Positions 39,258-49,153 of a DNA stretch of 64,000 bases are shown piece by piece. A program made the position numbers and the translations under genes. The stretch comes from a virus. The DNA is taken from IMG/VR virus record IMGVR_UViG_3300017719_000007, positions 4,678-68,677 of that record; one strand, written 5' to 3'. The notes beneath the pieces are model-generated. The model searched no databases, was not told the DNA's origin, and was given only the letters and a program-made list of their open reading frames with translations. Position 1 is the stretch's first letter, and each line of letters begins with the position of its first letter.

Positions 39258-41114
39258 TTACTTACCTCTTATTGCTTTTAACGTTGGGTTATCTTTTAAC
39301 CTTCCAGTGTTAGTACTCCTTGAATTTCCGGAAGTGGCAATCGTAGTTCCTCTACTTCTCTTAAGATCATTAAACTTAGACTGTTGAGTTTTATTATAAA
39401 GGTTGTTAGGAATGCTACCTTTAAAGAATATGTTAAGAGAACTGATTGCATTTTTATTAGGTGTATCTTCATAATAGGTTCCGTTTCTATCATCCCAACC
39501 ACCTCTTATTATTGCCAAGTCTTCTGGGCCAATAACTACATCACCAAATTCATCTAACCCTAAATTAGGATCTTCATCAGCATTTAATTTTATTTTATTA
39601 GTTTCTATTAATACTCTCTGGTCTGTAACAGGATCCGTACCATATACCGGTACTTCATAAAATCCATCGGCTATAGCCTTTTCATTTTGTTCTGATACAA
39701 AAAATACATTTACAGAATCAACCCCATCTACATTTTCAATAATTGAAATTATATCTGATCTAGGAATTCTGTCTCTCCTATTAATGTATATAAAATATGT
39801 ACTGAGTTGTTCTCTTATAGATGCATGCATTTCATCTTTATCAAATCCCTCAACATATCTTATTACAATATTCATTGCATATCTTTTAATTACAGGATCA
39901 TTAATTCTAACTTCAGCAGTAACTATTTGTCTACCGCTTTCATTTAAAATTTCATATACCATTTCTTTTTCGTCAGCTGTCAATGTAAATTCTTCAACAG
40001 GGACATTGAAATAATCTTTATCACTCGTTATCTTTTTAGCAATGTCTGGGATAAGAAATAAGTATATAATATTATCATCATCCAAATATTGATCATCCTT
40101 AGTATTATATGCATCCACGAATGAAAAGAAGTCATACTTACTTAAATAGTAAATATAGTTATTAGGATTTGCTAATACAAATGAGTTACTTTGATATGGC
40201 GCAATTAACCTAGTAAATGTAGGGTCTTCACTATCAGAACCAAACATAGGGTTTCTAACAATATTTATAGCTAATACATCATCAAGATTTACTTCATTAC
40301 CTTGTGCATCTGTTGCAGGATCTTTAAATTTTAAATCTAAATTCTTACCACCTATATTACCGGCAGATCCTCTAGTTTTTACATATTTTACTTTTATGAT
40401 TGATCCTAATGCAGGCGGTTCACCAAATTGTTTATTACCAAAGAAAACTGTTATTCCACCATTTACACTAGTTTTAACCATTACTGATTCTTCGCCGTTA
40501 TTCATATCATATAATGAATTAACATTTTTCCAAAGTTTGCCATCAACAAAAACATCTACCATATATTGATCAGTAGGATCCTTTGTAGTTAAATTATAAC
40601 TTTGTAAATCTAACCCAGTACCAGTAAATGTTTGATCTTCTATTTCCCCTTGGATTAACTCCACGTTTACAAATTCTCTTGTGGTTTTTTCTAATCTAAT
40701 ATAGTCACTATCAAATTTTAAAAAATAAGATAAACTATTTTGACCAACTTCTAATTCTGTGTAATTTAATATCTGAACAAAATCCCCTTCAACTGTAACT
40801 GCTGCTGATGTGTTTAATCTTAATCCAATTATACCTTGTGCCGATATTCCTCTAGTAGGATCGTGCCCAGTTAATCTAGATAATCCATAGATTGATTCAA
40901 TATTTCTTGCTCTACTTATATTAAGTTCTGTTGCAACAGCTTCAATGTAAAATAAAATTAACTCACCTAAGTTTGCAACAACAGTAAGTATTTGGCCAAA
41001 TGGTGAAGCAGGTGTAAACACTTCCCCAGCCTGATCATACTGACGCTGCAAATACTGAAATGCATCAAAGAATAACTCTGTTGCTTTTATTCTTGTTTTA
41101 CTAAAAAATGACAT
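39258..41114 (-). CDS. Baseplate wedge subunit, T4 gp6 / baseplate J-like
   Basis: ELNISRARNIESIYGLSRLTGHDP, VFFGNKQFGEPP, YVKTRGSAGN, GSDSE, SDIISIIENVDGV. Confidence 0.85.
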   Translation of the reverse strand: MSFFSKTRIKATELFFDAFQYLQRQYDQAGEVFTPASPFGQILTVVANLGELILFYIEAVATELNISRARNIESIYGLSRLTGHDPTRGISAQGIIGLRLNTSAAVTVEGDFVQILNYTELEVGQNSLSYFLKFDSDYIRLEKTTREFVNVELIQGEIEDQTFTGTGLDLQSYNLTTKDPTDQYMVDVFVDGKLWKNVNSLYDMNNGEESVMVKTSVNGGITVFFGNKQFGEPPALGSIIKVKYVKTRGSAGNIGGKNLDLKFKDPATDAQGNEVNLDDVLAINIVRNPMFGSDSEDPTFTRLIAPYQSNSFVLANPNNYIYYLSKYDFFSFVDAYNTKDDQYLDDDNIIYLFLIPDIAKKITSDKDYFNVPVEEFTLTADEKEMVYEILNESGRQIVTAEVRINDPVIKRYAMNIVIRYVEGFDKDEMHASIREQLSTYFIYINRRDRIPRSDIISIIENVDGVDSVNVFFVSEQNEKAIADGFYEVPVYGTDPVTDQRVLIETNKIKLNADEDPNLGLDEFGDVVIGPEDLAIIRGGWDDRNGTYYEDTPNKNAISSLNIFFKGSIPNNLYNKTQQSKFNDLKRSRGTTIATSGNSRSTNTGRLKDNPTLKAIRGK

Positions 41115-41133
41115 TAACTATTTTATTTTTATT

Positions 41134-41499
41134 TTAAAATAAAGCCCCAATGACTCTCTCCTCATTTATGTAAATATCAACTAAACAACCGTTTCGCTCA
41201 ACGGTGCTATAAAATTGTACTCTAACATCTAAACCAAATGCAGAACTGCTACTGTTTAAACAGTATGCCTGAATTTGATTGCTAATTCTCTGTGAAATAA
41301 CAGATTCATTTAATACCAAAGAAAAGACAAGATCATCTAAATTACATCCCATATTAGGAGAACCTAAAACATCACCTTGCCTTGTAAACAAACAATTTTC
41401 TATTTTAAGAATAAGTTGCTGCAATTGATCTGTCACCTCGATTACATCATCATTGTACTTAGGGGCATCTATGTCTCTACTGTATATTTCTTTTATCAT
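41134..41499 (-). CDS. Baseplate wedge subunit, gp25/GPW-like
   Basis: IENCLFTRQGDVLGSPNMGCNLDDLVF motif; adjacent to gp6-like gene. Confidence 0.8.
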   Translation of the reverse strand: MIKEIYSRDIDAPKYNDDVIEVTDQLQQLILKIENCLFTRQGDVLGSPNMGCNLDDLVFSLVLNESVISQRISNQIQAYCLNSSSSAFGLDVRVQFYSTVERNGCLVDIYINEERVIGALF

Positions 41500-41556
41500 T
41501 GAGAATATTCTTTTATTATATATTCTCTACATTTTTTGAGGGTATTAGATTATATT

Positions 41557-42423
41557 TTATCCAGTGAAAAAATAATCAACACCTTCATCGCCCTTTATCT
41601 CTTCAACTATAGCATCAACTTCATCTCTACCTTCGCCTGAAATTAAATCATAATTTATAGTAATGTTACCTGGTAGGTTAAATTGAAATGTTCCTACAAT
41701 TCTAGCTAATTGAATTTTAGCCATACCACAACAGTATCTTATAAAAGCTTCATCTTGGAAAAGGTCACAATCAGGGATTGTATTATAAACTTGAAATATA
41801 CATGCCCCATTCTTTGGTAGCTCCCCCATAAATCTAAACTTTTTAGTTAGCCTATTATAGTTATATGATATCTGAGCCTGTAAAGCCTGTCTTGCATTAT
41901 CAATAAATTTTGAGTTAATTACATAATACATTAATTCCTCGGAGCCTATACCTGCACCATATACATCAGAGTAAATAAATTTATCTAATGAAAAATCCGG
42001 ATCACCTGCAGAAAATGAGTTATCTCCAAAGCCACCGTCTTCACCTGAGAATCCATTTATTTGGAATACATTATTTACTGCCCAAACAGTTGAAGGCATT
42101 TTAACAACTCCTCTAGGATTATTAACATCCTTTTCTGTTAATACATTAGGGTTAGCTCCTGTAGTGTCATTGTGACTAATACCTTGTCTGAATGCAGCTT
42201 CTCCCCATGCGCTTCTAGGTAACGCAATAAACATTTCTTCAACGCTATCTTCATATATTTTATAAAAATAATCTTTAGCCCTACTTATAATATGAGCAAG
42301 CTCTTTTTTAGGTACTGTAAAAGGTATTTGGCAACCTACTGTTAAGTCGTCATTAATCTCTTTGATTAATGCATCTAAACATTCTTGTGAATCTGGGTTA
42401 CACCAGCTTTTATTTCTAGCCAT
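41557..42423 (-). CDS. Neck/head-completion protein, T4 gp13-like
   Basis: C-terminal FNLPGNITINYDLISGEGRDEVDAIVEEI...FFTG pattern. Confidence 0.75.
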   Translation of the reverse strand: MARNKSWCNPDSQECLDALIKEINDDLTVGCQIPFTVPKKELAHIISRAKDYFYKIYEDSVEEMFIALPRSAWGEAAFRQGISHNDTTGANPNVLTEKDVNNPRGVVKMPSTVWAVNNVFQINGFSGEDGGFGDNSFSAGDPDFSLDKFIYSDVYGAGIGSEELMYYVINSKFIDNARQALQAQISYNYNRLTKKFRFMGELPKNGACIFQVYNTIPDCDLFQDEAFIRYCCGMAKIQLARIVGTFQFNLPGNITINYDLISGEGRDEVDAIVEEIKGDEGVDYFFTG

Positions 42424-42427
42424 ATCT

Positions 42428-43726
42428 TTACTTAATTTTTTCTATTTCTATTACTTCAGTATTATCGGCAAATCTTGCAAGCGGAGTAGCTCTACCCTGT
42501 CTAAATATACCGCCTACCATCTCTCCGCTAAATACTCCTCTCTTACCAAACACATAACTGTTTTCACAAATTACATTTTTGCTAACATATGATTCTTCTA
42601 TTTTGCAATCCTCGGTAACAGTAGCACCAAAAAGATTTGATTCAAATACAGACGCATTTTTTAAATCGCAGCCAAAGATATCACAATTGACAATATTACC
42701 TTGGATAACTGAATCTACAATATCAACTCCATTTATTTCAAAACACCTCATAAGTTTAGCATCCTTTATCTGTATCTTACCGGTATCAGCATCATAATTA
42801 ATTAAACCTTCATTCATATCAGCCTTAGTAATAAGATCAAAAATCTTTTCTCTAATTTTAGGGTAATACATTTCAATAATTTGATCATAAGTCTGGAGAT
42901 CTATCATTAAATGTATTTTAGGAAATTTTTCTTTAAATGAAGAATAGGTTCGATAAGACTCAATAACAGTTTTATGCTTTTCTAAAATCTTGTCTAAAAC
43001 TTTTAAATCTGTTTCGTTATATTGTGGGTTAACCAATGTTTCATATAATGAAGTGATAAAATGCTCGGTCATTGAAAGTATCGTAGAATACTTCTTTTCA
43101 TAATCAGCTCCACCAAGATACCTAAATTCAATATAACCTTTTTGTAGCTTTTCAAAATTAATACCATAATACTTCTCTTTGACAAACATATAGTTTTTCC
43201 AAAGATTTTTTTCCGGTGATGGTTGAGTCATTCCACTCAAAGGTATAATAAACTTTATTGATTTTGCATAAACAGAATTTTTTCTGTTTGGGAAAGCTTC
43301 ATATACTTTGTTTTCATCAAAATTAAGTACAAATTTACCTATATCTAATTTAGACATATTTGTAATAGGACCTAGCTTCTTTCCATCAAATGCAATGTTA
43401 ACATGAATAGAACATCTTTCATTAGTCTTTCCGTTTTCTCTAATCCATTTTAAAGTTTTAGCCATGACTAATTTAGCCTCAACGAATGGAAGAGGTCCTG
43501 TGACTAGCTCAATCATCCCGGTTCCACCAGAATTATCCGGTTCTAATTTAAATATATCTTGTGTAGGGGCAAAGTCACTATGAGCCTTTTCCTCTATCCT
43601 AATTGTTTTGTTTAATGTTTGCGCTAAGTTATCTTTTGTAAGATCAAGGTTTTCATTTGAAAAGAACTCAAATTCAAAACCTATCTTTGAAGAATGTATA
43701 GCATTAAGTTGTTCGTTAGAATACAT
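42428..43726 (-). CDS. Putative amidoligase (COOH-NH2 ligase fold) with C-terminal beta-helix-like repeats
   Basis: KIGFEFEF, IELVTGP, TNERCSIHVNI, KYYGIN, YIEFRYLGG; C-terminal IVDSVI/IVNCDI/IEESYV/CENSYV repeats. Confidence 0.85.
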   Translation of the reverse strand: MYSNEQLNAIHSSKIGFEFEFFSNENLDLTKDNLAQTLNKTIRIEEKAHSDFAPTQDIFKLEPDNSGGTGMIELVTGPLPFVEAKLVMAKTLKWIRENGKTNERCSIHVNIAFDGKKLGPITNMSKLDIGKFVLNFDENKVYEAFPNRKNSVYAKSIKFIIPLSGMTQPSPEKNLWKNYMFVKEKYYGINFEKLQKGYIEFRYLGGADYEKKYSTILSMTEHFITSLYETLVNPQYNETDLKVLDKILEKHKTVIESYRTYSSFKEKFPKIHLMIDLQTYDQIIEMYYPKIREKIFDLITKADMNEGLINYDADTGKIQIKDAKLMRCFEINGVDIVDSVIQGNIVNCDIFGCDLKNASVFESNLFGATVTEDCKIEESYVSKNVICENSYVFGKRGVFSGEMVGGIFRQGRATPLARFADNTEVIEIEKIK

Positions 43727-43727
43727 A

Positions 43728-43766
43728 TTTATCCTGATTTGTTTATATATTCTAAACCAGGATAAA
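43728..43766 (-). promoter_or_regulatory. Late-type promoter within a hairpin covering the amidoligase start region
   Basis: TTTATCCTG (43728-36) / CAGGATAAA (43758-66) and GTTTA/TAAAC around GAATATATA (43744-52, minus strand). Confidence 0.65.
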
Positions 43767-43768
43767 GG

Positions 43769-44941
43769 TTATACTAAGTTCATAGTAATCTTACGATCAC
43801 TGGTATTTACACTGCCAATTTTAACATTAACAATATCACCTTTTGAAACTTCAGTATTTTTTAACTTAGTTTTATGAATAAGTCCACTGATACCTTTTTC
43901 TAATTCCACAAATGCACCATACTTAGTAACCTTAGTAACTTTACCTTCGGTGATCATCATAGGTTTATACTTTTCATCAGCACCATCCCATAGATCAATT
44001 TTAGGACCTTCTTGACTTAGTATAATTTTTCTGTCTGAGATTATCTCCTTTGTCCAGAAATTAATTTCATCGCCAGGCTTAATACTTCTTTTATCAAATA
44101 ATTCTAATGTTGCTTCATCCAATTCATTTTTTGGTATAAGACCTGTTAAAGATTCATTAAATTCTGCAAATACACCAAACTTAGTTGTACCAGTTACTAT
44201 ACCTGTAATATGTTCTTTGATATTTTCTCTAAGATTTTCTACAGCAGTAGGAATCATTGTTCTTAAGTATTCTCTATGAGATACTACTATAGTTTGTTTT
44301 TCGTTAGAATATGTAATAGGCATTACGATTAATTCTTTACCTACAAGTTTTTCAAAATTATGTAATTTATTTAAACCGCCTAATGAACCTGGCATAAAAC
44401 ATTGTACTCCACCAACTTCAACCCAATATCCTCCATGAATTAATTCTTTAACTTTACCAGTGAAACCTATTGTCTTATCTCCGATTGCATTGTAAATCTC
44501 ATTACGTTTTACTTCATTCATTGCATCACTGATTGATGCATAAAGAGTACCTTGCTTGTAACTTTTAACTTTAATATCAACAGACATCCCAATTTCTAAT
44601 TGGTCAACAATTTCTTTAGGTTCTTTTTCTAAATTACAAACAGCTGTATTCTTTCTTGATATATCTACTAATGCCTCTATCTTAACTTCAGTATCTACAC
44701 CATCAATATTTTGAATCTCTTTTTTGATATATGCAATTTCACCTTGAGTAATATAGTTAGTACTCTCTTCAGACATTTGTAGTTTTTTAGCTTCATCATC
44801 AGCTAAATCATATAAAGCCATTGCATCTGCTGCATACATTTCAGTACACATTAATTTAGTTCCTTTAGGTACCTTTACTTTTACTACCTTTGTATCAAAT
44901 GGATCATCACTTAATTGGATTGTGATTTCTTGTTCTGTCAT
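43769..44941 (-). CDS. rpsA: Ribosomal protein bS1 homolog, four S1 domains
   Basis: GKVKELIHGGY...FMPGS...IVVSHR; GIVTGTTKFGVFAE...GLIP; GKVTKVTKYGAFVELEKGISGLIH...RKITM; plus a divergent first domain. Confidence 0.88.
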   Translation of the reverse strand: MTEQEITIQLSDDPFDTKVVKVKVPKGTKLMCTEMYAADAMALYDLADDEAKKLQMSEESTNYITQGEIAYIKKEIQNIDGVDTEVKIEALVDISRKNTAVCNLEKEPKEIVDQLEIGMSVDIKVKSYKQGTLYASISDAMNEVKRNEIYNAIGDKTIGFTGKVKELIHGGYWVEVGGVQCFMPGSLGGLNKLHNFEKLVGKELIVMPITYSNEKQTIVVSHREYLRTMIPTAVENLRENIKEHITGIVTGTTKFGVFAEFNESLTGLIPKNELDEATLELFDKRSIKPGDEINFWTKEIISDRKIILSQEGPKIDLWDGADEKYKPMMITEGKVTKVTKYGAFVELEKGISGLIHKTKLKNTEVSKGDIVNVKIGSVNTSDRKITMNLV

Positions 44942-45028
44942 TATTTTTTTATTAAAGTGTTATTATAGATTATATATTACTTGTATTGAATTCAATTATT
45001 ATACCTTAGAATATTTAATAGTTTAAGA

Positions 45029-45307
45029 TTATACAATTACACCTGGGCCGGTAGTTGCACCAACTTGTGCAGAAGGTGATCCTGCGGTAGCAACAGTAAT
45101 TCCAGGAACTACAGTAGCGGATTTTATATATGCAGTAATTGCAGGTCCAGCAACTGCAGCAAAGGCAGCTGCGCCAGCGGCTATAACTTGATCTTGAGTA
45201 ACTTCTCTGGCTGGATCATCTCCGGTTGAAAAGGCTGTCATGGCTTGCATCCCAGCTACGAAAGCTGCGTCCATTGCAGAATTAATCACGGGTGGTACTA
45301 AAGGCAT
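45029..45307 (-). CDS. Small Ala/Gly-rich protein downstream of the spike gene
   Basis: 92 aa; AITAYIKSATVVPGITVATAGSPSAQVG; occupies the position where gp5.4/PAAR genes often lie. Confidence 0.6.
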   Translation of the reverse strand: MPLVPPVINSAMDAAFVAGMQAMTAFSTGDDPAREVTQDQVIAAGAAAFAAVAGPAITAYIKSATVVPGITVATAGSPSAQVGATTGPGVIV

Positions 45308-45338
45308 AGTTTAAAGTTTTAATTTATAGTTTATATAT

Positions 45339-46235
45339 TTATAAAGATTTTACCTCTTTCTGGCTTAATAGTGAAGTTGTCATTGGAGATATAGGTGGAC
45401 TTGTTGGAGCTCCTAAATTACCAACATGATTATGCCCATTAAAATATGCCATAAAAGAATCACCTAATACAATCTTTTCACTAGCACCTTGACCTAACTC
45501 AATAGATGATGCATGATTTATAATTGTATTTTCACAGTTAACAATAGCATCTGTACAATTTATTTCGGTATTAGCCCCACTGTTTATAGTAAATTGTGCC
45601 GAGTGAGTAAATGTTATATTTCCATCATTTAACATTACTATGGAATCTCCATTTGCATTTATTATTTCAACTGAATTATCAGGCTTTATATTTATTGTAG
45701 TTGGACCTTCCGTTGTGGTATAGTCCATCATCAAACCTTTTTCTTCGGTAAAGAAAACTTTAATGTGTTCGCCTTCTCTCTCGTTTGTTACTTCAGTGCT
45801 ACCAGATTGTAGATCACCTGTTAACCCAAATGCAGTGTCATATATTAATACGTGTGAATTAGGATAGGCTGCTTCTATCTCCGCCTTGGTCTCATCAGAA
45901 GGGTATAGTGATTCATGGTATACTGGGGAATAATAATTACCATTATCAAAACTTACTCTTACTATAGTTCCTATCTTAGGTACAGAAAATGTACCGCTTC
46001 CTGTGTTACTTCCACCTGAAGATGATACGGATGGTCTTGCCCACGGTAAAGATTCAGTAGGCATAAGGTATGCGCTGGCAGGATCTTCAGGATCTTCTCT
46101 TTGATCCATTTTACCATAAACTCTAACACGACATCTACCTTCAAATAAATCATCTTCAGTGTTCTCAACTATTCCTATCCATTGAGTACCTTTAAGATTA
46201 TCATCCTTTAAATCTTTAGTTGTTAATTTTCCCAT
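45339..46235 (-). CDS. Baseplate central spike, gp5/GpV-like (OB fold plus beta-helix, no lysozyme domain)
   Basis: WIGIVENTED...GRCRVRVYG, LPWARP, VPKIGTIVRVSF; C-terminal FNGHNH. Confidence 0.85.
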   Translation of the reverse strand: MGKLTTKDLKDDNLKGTQWIGIVENTEDDLFEGRCRVRVYGKMDQREDPEDPASAYLMPTESLPWARPSVSSSGGSNTGSGTFSVPKIGTIVRVSFDNGNYYSPVYHESLYPSDETKAEIEAAYPNSHVLIYDTAFGLTGDLQSGSTEVTNEREGEHIKVFFTEEKGLMMDYTTTEGPTTINIKPDNSVEIINANGDSIVMLNDGNITFTHSAQFTINSGANTEINCTDAIVNCENTIINHASSIELGQGASEKIVLGDSFMAYFNGHNHVGNLGAPTSPPISPMTTSLLSQKEVKSL

Positions 46236-47629
46236 TATTCAAAAATGTTTCCGCCATTAAAACCACCACCTGGCCCAGATGGTCCATTACTAAATATATT
46301 ATCATTTCCACTTAAATCGTCGCCACTCGCAGAAGGTATTTGTCCAGAAAATATATTATCATCTATAGTTTGATTTATACCTTGTGATACCTCTCCAGCT
46401 AAAGCTTGAACGGCAGCACCGTTTAGCGAGTTAATTAAACCTTGTGGATTATTAATTGCACCTACTATATCATTTCGTAAACCAAATACATTACCAAAAG
46501 CTAACCCTTGTGTAAATGAATTAATTGTTCTCTGTGCAAAATTAGCTGCACCTTTTACAAGGTTATCTTTAAATGCATCAAACTTACCTTCAACAATATC
46601 ACCAAACTTCTGTTTATCTAACATTTTATTTTGGAGATTAGTTTTACCATCTATTGAAGTTGGTTGTAATTTTGCCTGATCTTTTATAGCTGAATCATAA
46701 CCAGAAAACTGAGCCTCCATTTCACATCTCCCATAACTCCATTTCATAGATGAGGTTGCCCATGAGCTACTCCCATCATTTGCAACATTAGCAAATACTG
46801 CACCGCTCGCAGTAGGATCCCAGAGACATTCCTCAAACCTAAATGTAATAGTTGAAGTATTATTATTTACAATTTTAGTTGTATCATTTTCTGGTGAATT
46901 AGGATTACCTCCAGTAGTAGCCTTTTTAACAGAATGGAATTTTCTAATTTCTAATATGTCAACATAACAATTAAAATACCTTAAGTTAATAGGAATAATG
47001 TTTCTTCTATATTTTACATCATAACATGCAGCTTTATATAAATTAAATAAAGCAGACATCTTTAAATCAATAGCTTCCAATAATCCTATTGTGATTCCTT
47101 CACCATCTGCAGATCCACCATAACCATCCGTCATAACCATGGTTTTATTATATGCTTCGGTTATTCCTTCAATAGTTTGAAAATAATAAGGCCTAGATAT
47201 TTCTATTTCTCTAATGCCTTGAATGAATGCCTTTAAATAACCTGCTCTGGTAGTTTGTCCAATAGCCTCTAAATAACCAACGGCAGATTCTCCAGCTGGA
47301 TGAGAGTTTGACGTATTATGTGCACCAGGTTCGGCTGTTACTGAATCGCTGCCACCTGGTCTAGGTTGCTGAGGAGCTCCAGTGGTAGCCCCAGCAAATA
47401 AAGGACTCATAATATCAAACCTAATATTAAATCCTAAATACGTAGGATCGTCTATAGCAGTAACACCATTACCTCCACCGATAGCACTAAATGATGGGGA
47501 GACAAAGGATTTTGCAAATTCATAAGAACTTGGAAACTGTCCTGTTAAATTACCTAGCTTATCAGCATTTAAGTAATTTTCAGGAACTCCTCTCGGATCC
47601 AACGGATTATATAACTCAAGTTTAGGCAT
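46235..47629 (-). CDS. Putative tail tube initiator-type baseplate protein
   Basis: Position between hub and spike genes; DDPTYLGF, PYYFQTIEG, ITIGLLEAID. Confidence 0.45.
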   Translation of the reverse strand: MPKLELYNPLDPRGVPENYLNADKLGNLTGQFPSSYEFAKSFVSPSFSAIGGGNGVTAIDDPTYLGFNIRFDIMSPLFAGATTGAPQQPRPGGSDSVTAEPGAHNTSNSHPAGESAVGYLEAIGQTTRAGYLKAFIQGIREIEISRPYYFQTIEGITEAYNKTMVMTDGYGGSADGEGITIGLLEAIDLKMSALFNLYKAACYDVKYRRNIIPINLRYFNCYVDILEIRKFHSVKKATTGGNPNSPENDTTKIVNNNTSTITFRFEECLWDPTASGAVFANVANDGSSSWATSSMKWSYGRCEMEAQFSGYDSAIKDQAKLQPTSIDGKTNLQNKMLDKQKFGDIVEGKFDAFKDNLVKGAANFAQRTINSFTQGLAFGNVFGLRNDIVGAINNPQGLINSLNGAAVQALAGEVSQGINQTIDDNIFSGQIPSASGDDLSGNDNIFSNGPSGPGGGFNGGNIFE

Positions 47630-47651
47630 ATAAATTTTTTTTATTTATTCT

Positions 47652-49151
47652 TTATGTTGTAGGAGTAACTTCCCTCCTACGTAAATGCAATCTTTGTCTT
47701 AAACCTTGCCCACCAGGCTGTGGTCCTTTTGTCATAAAATATTCTATTCCCGTGATAACATAAAAACCAGAAAGATATTCATTAATAACACCGAATTCAT
47801 TTGATGTATCACTCCCTGCATTATCAGGGGTATCCTTTCTTCTTTGTGTATCAGTTGGAGCATCCTCATCATTCTCGGTAGCGGTTAAAACACCTTTTAC
47901 CATCTGTGCGGTTTCCATCATATGACAATATATTCTACTATACCTTAATATAGCAGGATTTACAGTATCTAATTCCACGACCATTCCTAACTTATTAATT
48001 TCTGCTAAGTTTTGGAAATTTTGAATAGATGCATAGTAATAATTTTCATGAACATTATCACCTTGTGTACCTAAGAATTTAAATTTAATTTGATCATTTC
48101 TTGGTCCTTCTACTTCACCTTCAGGTGTTACTCTACCTTTAGTGACTGGTACCATACCAGGTGTGTCATTAGTTAAAGGATCAACAAATTCACTTATAAA
48201 TTCTTTTGCATTAAGATCCCAATATTGTGTATATCTTTTATATCCATTATTTTTACTAATCTTACCACTCTTATTTACTTGCTGATATTTTGATATGTAT
48301 CTAGCAGTACCTTGAAAATCTAATTGATTACTTATCATATTTGGAAAATCTGGATTAGTTTCGCTATCATCACCACTTCCCATAGTATCCATTGCATTCT
48401 GTTGAAACATTTGGCTAGCTTCTAAATCATCTTCTTGTCCAAAAAATTTATTGGCATCAACAAAGGTTAAATAATAGTAAGGGTCAATGTAAGCAGTAAA
48501 AAAAGATTCATCATTTAAATATGAATTGGACGTTATGTCCTGTATAAATTTTTCAGAAGTATCATAAGGATTTGTCCATACTTGTTGATCTGCGGTATCT
48601 TCTACATTAGAAGCATACCCTAATTTTAATTCTTCTGCAATTGAAAGTAAAGAATTCCAACTAGTATTATCCTGGAATTGTACCTTCTCTGTAAACAAAT
48701 TTGGTACATTCATTCTACCTTCAACCATTAATAATGATGATGTATTTGTTGCACCACCTCCACCTAAAGGTTTAATATCTTCAACGGTAAAATCAATTCT
48801 TATTGGCTTAAATGTTGTTTCGTCACCTTGTGATCTAATGTATAATTGAATTAAATCCCCATCCTTAGGAAAAAACCTAGCAGTAAACATACCATCCCTA
48901 TCATAAAAAGAAAACCTACATGTTGGATAAAACCCGGTTGATTCTAATTCAAACATTTCTAGCCTATCACCCTGTACTTCATAATTATTAATTTTAATAA
49001 GTGGTATCATCGTAGAAAACTTTGAAGGTTTTTCTTTCATAGTTTCACCATCCGAGTTTTCTGAACCGCTTTCAACATCAGTCATTTCTAGCTCATCAAG
49101 TACAATGGTAGGTTCTACCACAGTTAATATATTTCTTTCTACTGCAGACAT
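47652..49151 (-). CDS. Baseplate hub protein, gp27/GpD-like
   Basis: Position between LysM and spike genes; YIDPYYYLTF; LSGFYVITGIEY...QRLHLRRRE end. Confidence 0.6.
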   Translation of the reverse strand: MSAVERNILTVVEPTIVLDELEMTDVESGSENSDGETMKEKPSKFSTMIPLIKINNYEVQGDRLEMFELESTGFYPTCRFSFYDRDGMFTARFFPKDGDLIQLYIRSQGDETTFKPIRIDFTVEDIKPLGGGGATNTSSLLMVEGRMNVPNLFTEKVQFQDNTSWNSLLSIAEELKLGYASNVEDTADQQVWTNPYDTSEKFIQDITSNSYLNDESFFTAYIDPYYYLTFVDANKFFGQEDDLEASQMFQQNAMDTMGSGDDSETNPDFPNMISNQLDFQGTARYISKYQQVNKSGKISKNNGYKRYTQYWDLNAKEFISEFVDPLTNDTPGMVPVTKGRVTPEGEVEGPRNDQIKFKFLGTQGDNVHENYYYASIQNFQNLAEINKLGMVVELDTVNPAILRYSRIYCHMMETAQMVKGVLTATENDEDAPTDTQRRKDTPDNAGSDTSNEFGVINEYLSGFYVITGIEYFMTKGPQPGGQGLRQRLHLRRREVTPTT

Positions 49152-49153
49152 AA

